Source: Trichoplax sp. H2
Lineage: Eukaryota
Reading direction: 5' to 3'
Length of the DNA stretch: 64,000 nucleotides
Assembly (NCBI GenBank): GCA_003344405.1
Contig: NOWV01000013.1
Location: 682,001 to 746,000, forward strand
Position 1 is the stretch's first letter, and the number at the start of each line of letters is the position of its first letter. A program made the translations under genes and the position numbers. Of this stretch, positions 52,501-64,000 are shown in pieces. A model generated the notes under the pieces. The model did not search any database. It was not told the origin of the DNA and saw nothing but the letters and a program-made list of their open reading frames with translations.

Positions 52501-55500
52501 TTGCCTACATAGAAATGCTTGTTTCCATGGCATTGCTCCACTTGTATACAGCAATACAAGGTTGCAAATTGAATAGCAAAGCTGAAGAATAGACAAGTAA
52601 AATACAACATCAAGATTGATGTTGTATTGCAAGCCATGCAACAAGAGAATGCAAATACAAGAAGAATTTGTTTTAGTCGTTATTAGTAACTTTTCTCCTC
52701 CTTTCCATGACTGTTGAACTATTGTTATCCTAACTATTGTCGTCAATTATGATTGCAATCAAGACAATTAAAAGCAATAGTCTACGCCATCTGAGTCAAT
52801 AAATATTATTTGGATAGGGCATAAGTGATGGCTTTTATTTTGGGATCTTTTCTCTTTGCTGGAATGATTTTCCACCAGTCTTGTCTATGCTTGCGCTATT
52901 GTCGCTATAGCGAGTGTTGAAGAGAGAAAGAAGGATGGTTGAATTTTAGGCTAGGGGGAAAAATTAATTTTTTTTCTCCAATGCCAAAGGCAAACTACTT
53001 TCCTTTTACTGGTACTTGCTTCAACGCCTATCGTCAACGATAGGCATTCAAGTTTGTGTGTGGGTTTTTTTTCTTTCCTACTGTAGTAACGGCGAGTAAT
53101 GGAGTCACCAAAATTTTTGATCCAATGCCAAAGGCAAACTACTTTCCTTTTACTAGTACTTGCTTGAACGCCTATCGTCAACGATAGGCGTTCAAGTTGT
53201 GTGTGGTTTTTTTTTCCTACACTACTCTACTTGTAGTAACGGCGAGTAATGGAGTCACCAAAATCGATTTTACACGGCAATCAAAAAGGGGGAGGATTTC
53301 AATTGCATTTTATGCTAGGAAGCCGATCAACTCTACTTTGCTTAACCAATCCAATCTGTCCAAGGTAGCAGCCAATGATCAATACTTGTCTCTCCTCCAT
53401 TCAAAAAATCAACATCGTCTACATCAATGCATATGGCTGTCGACTGGATACAAGTTCCATCTTGTACTTGATCGCAAAGCGTCGGATTTGACCGCTCCAG
53501 GAGAAGGAGTAAACTTGAATTTCTTGACCATACTTTCCCCTTATCATCTCGCCATCTTCACTAGACTGAAAAAAATAGCTGGACGTGGAAGATTCTTGAT
53601 ACTATTTCAAGATGGAAAGCTCCATCATGTTGTAGTATATTCAGCTCATCCATTCAGTCTTACAATGTCACTATTGCATTGGGTAATATCGTGCATAGCC
53701 TAGCACTATTTTTACCATGGATTTTGTCGTCGTTCTATTTCTTAAAGAGGTCGCTTTTGAACAAAATCATCTCTTTAGCTCATCATTGAGTGGCTTTTTT
53801 CTCCATACCCCTATCCTACAAAGTCACATTATTATTCAAGAAATAAGTTAGCCTTGTACAGTGCCTCCCTAGCGATCACAACAACGTTAATACAGCAATC
53901 ATCATATCTGTCCAGCAAGAAGAAGAATATCCAGTCCAAGCATCATGTTCCTACACAACTATCTAACCTAGCTTTCACAATATTTGCCTACCCATCATAT
54001 CAACCCAACGAATTAGGATAGATTGATGATCAAGGCAATGTCAATTTGGACTTGCAATCAGCATGATGATGATCCTCATCGCTCCTTTTGGTTATTAGAG
54101 AGAAATGAGCGTAATACAATCCTTTTTTTGCATTTCCTTCCTATCCGTTATGATTTACGTCTTCATCAATGAAAAAGTGAAATTGAAAGTGGATTATAGG
54201 CACTCGTCTAGCGTACTCTTGATTGAATGGTGAAAAAATAGTCAACTACAAAGTAAATCCAATGTCCTATACAATTGGATCAACGATGGCATGTTGATCT
54301 GATTATCACCATCAATATTGGTCATTAACAATCGGAAAAAATACAGCTTAATAGAATCCATTACCTCCTCTTCTCGCTACAACAGTAACTTGTTCCACTG
54401 CTTGAAAAATGAAATAGAAAGTGGATTGTATGCTTGAAATGGATCTTTTCACAAATGGACATTGACAGTTTCAAATTGGTATTGTATGAAAGAATCAACC
54501 CCAGCCAAGTCTATTAGAAAACGAATCAGGAACAATCTATGCAATCAAATTGATTCATGATGGGAGAGAGAAAACAGTATAGAATGGTGATGATCATGGG
54601 CGAATAATGCAACGATAGTGTAACCTCCCCAATACTTCTGACAACCATATCATGCACTTTGGGGCTAAGAACGCAATTTCTTTGGGTTAACCTAAATCAT
54701 ATTACTTGTATCCTTTTTTTGAATGGCGGAACAGGATAGCAATTTTATTGATCTTCTGCTTTTGGGGGATAGAATACCTATTGGATATTGTCGAGTAGTA
54801 TCCATTGCTTCATGTCGCATCCTAACCGGTAGTGAGTGAATATGATTTCACTACTTCACTTCATCTTATTCTATCTCTTCTAATTTCACGTCCATCATCA
54901 TTTCCAATGCGAGAGTGATTTGAAATAGGAAAAATTGCCCTGTTTTGGGGGGGGGGGGATACATGGATACTTTAAATTGTTTATAGAGATAAAGTTGTTT
55001 AAAAGAGTCCAAAATTATATGGATAGTGTACTAATCAACTTATGGCCGTCATCATGGAAAGGGAGAATGATTGAATTTTGAATAGGGAAATAATCACCCT
55101 TTTCTTTTTTATACGTGGATACACTTGAATTCTTGCATAAGAAAAGATGACTACGAAAGAGTCCCAAAAATGAGTATATTGATTTTAATAATGTCCAAGT
55201 AGTTTAACACTTAGTCCATTTATCAAGGGTACACTATCGGATGATTTTTGTGGGCAATACATGAAGAATACAAGATAGATCAGGATAGATTGTTGATCCC
55301 ATCGTGCTTAAGTGATATGGAATAACTTGTGATAGTTCCATAAGATCAATTGAATTGCCATTTTCGTCACTGATGGATAGATAGATAGAAAAATACCCTC
55401 ATTTGGGGGATACGCATAATTGACTTAGTGTGATCGAGTAAAAGTTATAATGTATTATTCATGTTGTTCTTTATTCGCTAAACATGATTATGACACTATT

Positions 55501-58500
55501 TTTTGATGGAAAACAATTTTCTCTAATCCAATTTTAGATATTAGCGATATTTTCTGAAAATGATAAGCAATTAAATGCTTTAAAACAAGCCGCCGAGAAA
55601 GGAAATTATAAATTAAACGTTGTACATAGTGAAAGAAGCGCTATAGAATATTATCAAGATTATAGACCTCATATTGTATTTGTCGATTTACGCTCCAAAG
55701 ATGCTTTCAACGGTGAAACGATATGCAAGTAAGTAGCAAAGAACATGGATCAACAACTCCAGCTTTCCATTGCTTAACTCAAAGTAGCAACGAGTTGAGT
55801 TATCATAGTCTTCATCATATTCCCCCCCCCCAAAAAAAATGGGTGTAAAAGCGGAAACGAAGTTGTAAAACTACATAATACAAGTATTCTTATCATCCAA
55901 ATGCATCATATTATCCTAATGATTTAGTCAATAGTCAATATATTTGCAATAATGCTATTCTCTTCCAGTGATATCTGATATACGATACTTTGTAGTAGGT
56001 TATGCAAGCTCATTATCAGCGCCATTTAATAATACGTGTATATATATATATATATCCCTGTGGAACCAACTATAATGGCAGGTTTGAATGTTCGTCTACT
56101 GCAGGTAGTTTATACAAAATAGTGCGCGTGTGAAGAGTGAAAATAAAAAGTACATGCATGAAAAGCAGATGGAAAATACAATTGGTATTTCTTAACTGTT
56201 CCATTGGCTAGCTTGTTAGGTTGAATTCAAAATCAACATCAGTTATCTTTTTAGTAAGACTACTTTGTTGTTGCGATAAAATAAGCGTTAGCCATGCTCC
56301 TAAATTGGATTCTATTCTCTTTCATAGTCAAATAGCAGAAAAACTCAATCCACTCATATAACATCCATAATAAATAACTTGAGCATTCGACCAAGTCATT
56401 GAATTCAAAATCAACATCAGTCATCTTTTTAGTAAGACTACTTTGAGCAGTTACTGTTGCGATAAAATAAGCGTTAGTCATGCTTCTAAATTGGACTCTA
56501 TTCTCTTCAATAGTCAAATAGTAGAAAAACTCAATCTACTCATATAACATCCATAATAAATAACTTGAGCATTCGACCAAGTTATGGTTACTATTCAGTT
56601 GAATATTCAAAATTTAATGAATTGCTATATCCAACTCAACATCAATATGTCCTCTTATTATTGCTTTCTAGAAATGTGAAAGATAAATCGCTATCCAATC
56701 AATCAACCATGATTGCCGTTGTTAATCCAAGGTAACTTCTATTTGATTACTTACTGCTAAGAATATAACGATCCATTTCTAAATTGGCTATGATACAGTC
56801 GTTGCAATAAAATAACCTTGTTGGTCATTTAGAATAGAATTGGCTGTTTATTATTATTATTATCTAATTGAATTTGATCAAGTGCTTATTTTGCTGTTGC
56901 TATGGCAATTCAATGCTATTCTTCAAGTTGAATTATTTTTAGTTTCCATTTTTGTTAGTTGTTATTGCATGCAACAAACGACAGTAACAATAGATGCAAT
57001 GGCTTTTCAAAAACGAAAATTGGCATAACTACTTAGTATTAACAATCTTGGTAAAAGATAGTCCATCAATTGATAAAAATGGACAAAAAAAATTTGACCA
57101 ATGGTCATAATATTTTAATGCTAGTAGTTTTTTTTATTAAACCGATCAAATTGAAATTTGAAATTCATTTCCATTGGTATATCGTCCGTTACTCACCTAC
57201 ATTAATCTGATTATGACTAGAGTAATTATTAGTGTAATATTTTAAAATGGTCCAAAAATTTATTCAATAACACATGCTCCTATAATAAATAGAATGAATT
57301 GAATTTAGAGAAGGGATAAATTGAACGATTGCAATGATAAAATAGAAATAGCAATGTTCACTCTTCATCAAAAAAGACTGCGTTGATATATTATTCATAG
57401 AGCTACGATACAAATAGAAATTGATTGAAAATAGATTCAACGTTGTAGTTAATGAGTAGAGAGATTGTCCTACAGAATAGGAGCTCTACAACCATTAGAA
57501 TTTGGGAGATAAAAAAAGAATTCATTCCTCTAGTGTTGTTGATGGATGGTCGAATATTAAAATACACGTTAAATTTTATTTTTTTTTATCCTTTTCTATA
57601 TTTTTAGTTCCAAATCCCATCGATTGATTTAATGCATTATTCTAGCATATGTTAATACAAAAGTGTACATTTAAATCGTTTCATCGTTCAGAAAGGAGAT
57701 CTCACAAACTTTATTCGCCCTCGAATGCCGCTTAACATGCAAATTTTATTCATTTCCGAATAGATTCATTGTCATTCGTTATCGATGAGGAATAGTTGTA
57801 ATCGAAGGATCATTTATAAGCGATAGAATAAAAATCGAGTTTCAATTAGGTTATAAAAAATTTTTATAGCTATGTCAAGTCTAGTGTACTGCGGTTCTCC
57901 AGCCCGTCACCAATGTTAAGCCCAACGCCGATTTGTACCATAGGACAACAACTACCATGTCAATATATTCAATCTTGGCTAATTTTTGCTATTATTTATT
58001 GTTCCATTTTTATAGTAATTCTGATAAAGAAGAGCCTAGTATAGCACCCTTACTTGCTATGGGATTCAATCGGGTATGATTCGTTGTTGGCTGATTATGT
58101 ATTACCTCAAGATAATTCTTATTTCATGCTCCTTAAAATGATTAATTGATTGATTGATTGATAAAACTGATAAAGTTCAAGATTTACTACTTTCGATACA
58201 TAATTGATTCATGAAATATAATTTTAACATCTTTTTTATATAGCGATTTGTGGAGAATTTTAATGTGGGTGGATGTTTAAATGAGTTAATAATGCTGGAA
58301 GTAAATGATCTTCGGCAGCAAGTAAAAATAAGGTAAGCTTAAGAAATAAAAAAATTTTAACGGACTTTATTATACAGTATTCAATTCAATCGACTTATAA
58401 AAATTACAGTGTATCCTAATATTACATATCAAATTAGCATAACTTATTAAAGTATTGTGATGTATTGAAGTTGGTCGGTCAATGTATAATCCATTTGATG

Positions 58501-61500
58501 TTACTTTCTTGACCATATTGCTTTTGTCTGTTGTTAACATTTTTGTAATGAATTATTACTATTGATTTGGTACTCGTAGGGAAGCCGATTCACTATTTGC
58601 TGCTATCCATAACGCATACGATTCTGTAGAAATTACTACAGATCGGTCCCAATTTCAAGTATGTAAAAATTGGCCTTTATATCACTTCTGTTAGAGCGTT
58701 TACCAAGATTTTTGCGTAGTTAGTGAAAAAGGTCTAGGAGAAATTACAGCATGCTACGGTTGAGTAAAGTGAAAGCTACGATATCTTTTTACTTGCAGAT
58801 GGTACTAGAATATAGCGAAAAGTAGCACAAAAATAAAATATATTAGTCATGCCCCATTACTTTGTTACCATGTATCATTTATGCATCCTAGGGATAATGC
58901 AGTATTTTCTAATGCAAGTTAAGAAAGTAATAAAAAATGCATCATCACAATCCTTTAATTATATATATCAGCTGTGTACCGTCAACGCGGTGATGTAATT
59001 TATGTCGATAAACATGGACTATCGAGCCATACTTCAACTCTCTATTAAAAAATTGCTATACCATCGATATCAGTATACGTAATCAATGATTGCAAGCATT
59101 CAATGTAAATAACTTATTTTATGTCATCGGCTATGCTTTACGTACGCATATTTAATAATGATAAGCATGCATTTTGAATACTGTACCGTGTGCTATATTT
59201 ATGATTTTAATTCTTGTAAAATTCTTGACTCTGTTAGTATGTAAATCCAGCTTTTGAAAGAACAACCGGTTATTGGAGTTCGGAATTAATCGGAAAATTA
59301 GATAGCGTCTTGCCAATCAGTGACAAAAATGATCCGGTATGTTTAAAATGTTTTTTACTATTGTTTTGTTTTTTTATTTCCATAACTCATCTATTATTAA
59401 AGTTTGCATCGTATTATACTTGACAAAAGTATTATTAGTTTCATCAAACTATCGTAAATTATTGACTGCCTAGAACCCTTTTTTAATTTTTATATTCTAA
59501 ACTTGGCTTGTAAGCGCACTGAGTAAAGTTTCGTTAAGTGTAATTGATAGTAAAAATGCTTCCAATGTACATTCTCCGCTCCTACTCTAGCTCATATATT
59601 ACTATTAAAATGAAGCCACCTTTTTTAATTTGTTTATCATATCTGTTGTATTTGTTACAAGTAATGCCTTAATTCATTCCTTTTATGACTACGTTACTAG
59701 CGATGGCTAAATTAATGTTCAAAGTAGCAGTAAGTTATTACCGGGATTGAACATAATAACCGCAATACTATTTGAATAGTTATTATTGTAAATAAAAATA
59801 TTTAATGTACATTCGATAGATAGGTAGATAGAAAATTATCGAGATAATATTGGCGCTAATTTAATAAAAGGCCTATATCAACTTTTTATTATTTCTGTGA
59901 CATGTTGAATTGTTATATATCATTGAATATGATAATTAGCTGAATGATGATCATGGTTTTCTTGGCTATTAGGAATTGTTTAATACGATCAAGTCATACA
60001 TTAGTAGAGGTAGGACTTGGGAAGGCTCTTACGTTGGCAAGAGAAAATCTGGCGAAACATATCCACAATTTGTTCGTGTTATACCTATTATTGGTCATGA
60101 AGGGTAAGTTCATATCCGATTTGTTTTCAATACTGTAGTAACTACTGTAACTGAATATTCGTTTCTTGTATATCTTTACGAAATGAGGAATTTTTAACTT
60201 TTACCGATAAACTGTAAGACTATTGATGTAACAGAGCTTGCAGACATAAGGCACATCTTCATAAATCAGCAGTTTCTCTGATTAGTAAAATACGTAGTGC
60301 CAATTGGTATTGACCAAATCGCAATAGGTTGTAAAAATAGCAATCCTCTTAAACAGTAATTCAGTACNNNNNNNNNNNNNNNNNNNNTACCTATTATTGG
60401 TCATGAAGGGTAAGTTCATATACGATTTGTTTTCAATACTGTAGTAACTACTGTAACTGAATATTCGTTTCTTGTATATCTTTGCGAAATGAGGAATTTT
60501 TAACTTTTACCGATAAACTGTAAGACTATTGATAAGTCCCCCCCCCCCACACACACACACAATACTATCCAGCGTACAGTATTTGGTGACAGAGCTTGCA
60601 GACATAAGGCACATCTTCATAAATCAGCAGTTTCTCTGATTAGTAAAATACGTAGTGCCAATTGATATTGACCAAATCGCAATAGGTTGTAAAAATAGCA
60701 ATCCTCTTAAACAGTAATTCAGTACAGAAGATTTTGATTAGAATGACAATTAATATACCGCATATTTCTCTGAGGATGGAATTTACTGTATTCAAAGGAA
60801 AATACAGACATAAATATCTCTAAAATGCAATTGTATGTCAAATAAACTGCGATACTTTATGGATAAATCTATAAGATTTCTTAATATATTAATTTTTTTC
60901 TTTTCTTTCTTTGCCTTTGGCTCTATAATTTTCTAACGTGGCCTATTTAATACTATAATATTCAAGATTTTTAACACATCATGTGACAATTAAAAGAGAC
61001 ATCAGTGAAATGGAGGTAAGTTGTAGTAGATTATTCAAATGATATGATTTCACTGTAATAGTTAATTCGATAAAGCTTCGAGTTATTAATATCCAGAATC
61101 AAGTTGTTACCTCTACTATTTTTATATGAAACAAAAATACGTAATAGTTTAATATGAAAGCTAAAAGAAAATCACATAGTATGAATTTATGCAATGATAT
61201 GATAGTACTAGCAATCTAGCTTCAGAGCTGTAACTTGTGAAGTAGGTAGCCTTTGATATCATAAAGTTTTATTTATAAGCTGAATAATAGCGGATAACAA
61301 ATTCTATTTATTAGTCTTATTATACTGTAGGTTAATAAAGAAAATGCATAATTGTTAATTTAATTTAAACGTCGAATATATAGAAATAAAATCTAAACGT
61401 AGATTAATGTTACATTATCGTTGTAGTGATTGAAAAATAGGCTAAGAAATTTTTATCGTAGATACATGTTGATATAAGAATATAGCTGAAGTAGAACTGT

Positions 61501-64000
61501 CTATTCAATGAAATATTCAATTTTTGTTATCTCTAGACTAAATACAAGAAATATGTCGAAGAATCAATAAAATCCTATCCCAATGGTAAGCCAATTGCCA
61601 TTTATCCCTACATTGATTCAATTGTGGATAATTTACGATATACATATATAGAGGCGATTTCTTATTTTATCACATTATCATTAGTAGCTACACTGATAAT
61701 GTTTGGTTATTGTATACCCAATTTGTTTATAAAATACTGTTGAGAAATTGCGAGGTGATTTTCTAGATTTACTAAGATCCTTTAAGTTTAGTGTGCTAAT
61801 AAATTCCAACGATTAGTATTATTTTCGACAACTGAAATTAATACGGCTACTCTATCGGACATTATAGATTATAATTAGACCTTTCTCAACTATATGCGAA
61901 TTATTTATCAGTCTAGCGATATATCCGCTTTTCGATCGAAATGCCTATCTAATTTTTTACACATATAGTATCCAGAGTCGTTGCAATCCTGCTTTACCGT
62001 AATTTAATTCTAAACATTGGCCTCATTATAGACTAATGATTAGTTCTCCTTGCATCTCAACTGCTCCTGCTATAGTCATATGGCTAATAGCCTGTTCGTA
62101 CTTGACTAAATGATTATAATCCAAGTTATTATCACTGCCAATTAAAATTTCTCTTCAGTAATTGCATTCTATTACTTTAATACCAATACTGTCTTAAGAC
62201 TTTAGTTAAATTGTTATAATATAACTATACTTTCACGAAAGATTACGAAGGTGACAAGCCTCCAGAAAATAAAAATATAGATTTTTCTTTTTGCCTGTTA
62301 AGAGTACTTTTAAACTAGTAGAATTCCTTTCAAAATATCAAATACCCTTATCGCTAATTAACTTTACAGTTGGCATTATGTACCGTTTCCGTTTATAAAG
62401 TAAGCTGGTTCTGTATTACTACAATTTTATTGTGACTTATACGTAAATTATATTAATATAGGAAAAGTGGTAGATCCAAATCATATCAAAACTGTCGAAG
62501 CATCGACATCAATGGTAATGAATTCTTTTGTCAATATTGAAAATGAAAAGGACTCCATGTTATCACATATCAAAAGGATTGAACTGGATTTAAATCTCAG
62601 CTTTAGTTTGATATAACAGTAGCAGTAGCGTTATATATATGCCTACAATCGAATACTTTAAATTGTAAATTTATTACCAAACTGAAATCGATTCATGATA
62701 TTGAATATTTACTGAGGAGTACAGTAAAAGGTAATTTGAAAGTTCATGAATGCTAATATTATGTCCTTGAATAAATGTTACAAATAGGTAATTAATTTGA
62801 TCAAAATTGCACAAGAAAATGTCAGTGAGAGCCCAAATAATGTTACACAATCACTGGATAAAGTTCTGGTGAGCAATTTCTACTGTACTCATCAGTAATA
62901 CGTGACTTTGCTAGATGTAAATTAATAGTAATTATGAAATCAATGTTTGTATTATATTAATTTCATATATATGAAATTGAATCAAAATTGTGTATAATAA
63001 CTTGTAATGAGAGAGTTCTCCTTCTTAATCCATACTACGTGCCAAAAATATGAAAATATAAATTTAAGCAGTATGAATTTATAGCTATAAGAGGATCCTA
63101 TCTAATCTTATCATTTAATTATCCCATATTACAGCAAATACTGAAAGATGCTGAGATTTCCTTTCCTCAAGGAGCTGACTTTGACTTAATCAATTTTACT
63201 GAACTTGGCAATAACGTTAGTTGAAATATTGTAAAAGGAATGCACTTAGCAAAATTATCGACTATCATTTGTGACGAACACTTGTGAAATTAATTTTCTA
63301 TTTTCTATATGTATGAAATGACGGTATGCGTATTTCTTGTTTTGCAAAATATTTTCTAGACGATAACATCACAAGGTAATTTACCAAGTAAGTAACTTGC
63401 TGTTCTTAGCTATAGTTACGGAAGTTGGGTCTTCAGCCTATCTGATGCTATCCTTATTAGATCGTTGATTTTATGAACTAATTCATATTTTTATATTGTA
63501 CGTAAAAGGACCATCTTTAGTAGTTAATGCCAAAAGTATACTTAATGATGCATCAGCAGAAATTAAAATTGCATTGGATGGTGCATCTGATTGGGATTAT
63601 GACATTCTAGAATTGGAACGTGTTACGGAAAAGAGGTAGATATATTTCATTCGGAAGGAAAATTATAATTATGATAACTCTGTAAATATTTCATGCGATG
63701 GAGGCTGTTATACAAATATACTACAAGTTTAATATATACTTTATCGTAATAAATAGCAATATTTTAGCGTTTGCAATATTGCAGCTCTAATTTAAATCCA
63801 TACCAAGTACAAAAGCGTGTTAAAAATAATAATAATGCAATCATAGTCTTTTTGCATCTAATAATAGGCATACTAAAAGAAACTGTTATTGAATTTGTTA
63901 ATAATTACGAAATTCAAAGCTAACCATTTGCTATTTCTTTCCCAATTTTATTAGACCATTGGTCTACCTTGGTATGAAAATATTTGAGCGCTTCCGAATG
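43506..64000 (+). CDS. PDE8: High-affinity cAMP phosphodiesterase 8 (REC-PAS-PDEase), 5' portion; runs off the window end
   Basis: Exons: 43506-43664 (MGCSPS..), 44689-44763 (FGPMKV), 55538-55728 (REC: ILAIFSENDKQ..RPHIVFVDLR), ~56672-56731, ~58016-58073 (APLLAMGFNR), ~58243-58332 (RFVEN..CLNELIMLE), ~58580-58658 (DSVEIT), ~59238-59336 (PAS: YVNPAFERTTGY..ELIGK), ~59972-60104 (WEGSYVGKRKSGE), ~60967-61015 (HHVTIKRDISE), ~61537-61585, ~62462-62514, ~62788-62868 (VINLIKIAQE), ~63135-63215, ~63360-63387, ~63510-63635 (WDYDILELERVTEKR), ~63956-64000 (PLVYLGMKIFERF). REC+PAS+PDE is diagnostic of PDE8. Confidence 0.95.
44571..44621. other. Assembly gap (N-run) in PDE8 intron 1
   Basis: Run of N flanked by poly-T and poly-C homopolymers. 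Confidence 0.99.
48797..49076. repeat. 30-bp minisatellite (TCTACATGTCCAMGCTTAAACCTAGAAAAA), 9 full copies plus a partial, in PDE8 intron 2
   Basis: CATGTCC occurs every 30 bp from 48801 to 49041. Confidence 0.98.
52977..53263. repeat. ~144-bp tandem duplication, each copy carrying a 34-bp palindrome
   Basis: CCAATGCCAAAGGCAAACTACTTTCC at ~52978 and ~53122. Palindromes at 53019-53052 and 53163-53196. Confidence 0.92.
56221..56582. repeat. ~180-bp tandem duplication in PDE8 intron 3
   Basis: TTGAATTCAAAATCAACATCAGT..CTTGAGCATTCGACCAAGT is present twice (starts 56221 and 56399). Confidence 0.93.
60082..60727. other. Duplicated segment on both sides of an assembly gap (probable uncollapsed haplotypes)
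   Basis: 60082-60367 is repeated at 60388-60726 across the N-run at 60368-60387. The second copy has a ~55-bp insertion and a few substitutions. Confidence 0.8.

Noticed and set aside
41058-53703. Many 60-170 aa ORFs in the PDE8 upstream region and introns 1-2
   Set aside because: Low-complexity F/L/K-rich translations of homopolymer-rich DNA, on both strands, with no domain motifs.
54708-54717. GTATCCTTT matching the U12 5' splice consensus
   Set aside because: Not at any identifiable exon boundary. The introns I reconstructed are ordinary GT-AG.

Overview
AT-rich, intron-dense eukaryotic (metazoan) genomic DNA. Gene density, short GT-AG introns and the gene content suggest a compact early-branching animal such as a placozoan; this is inference only. 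Seven spliced protein-coding genes can be reconstructed by hand, on strictly alternating strands: MON1 (+, 1225-6646), WAVE/SCAR (-, 7928-10937), a mitochondrial glutamate carrier of the SLC25A22/A18 type (+, 12332-18002), NOSIP (-, 18834-21757), an ARL14EP/ARF7EP_C-domain gene with an unexpected HTH-like exon (+, ~24660-25872), a GOLM-like type II membrane coiled-coil protein with a 26-aa repeat (-, 27406-30934) and the 5' part of PDE8 (+, 43506 to beyond the window). I found no tRNA, rRNA, CRISPR array or intact transposon. The most striking unexplained pattern is that unrelated tandem arrays (79, ~192, 200 and 240-290 bp units) lie just upstream of most gene starts. One is an 8-copy array of a nuclear-receptor IR1-type element (AGTTCA-a-TGACCT) in the WAVE/SLC25 divergent promoter. 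Exon boundaries marked ~ are hand-read and may be off by a few bases.
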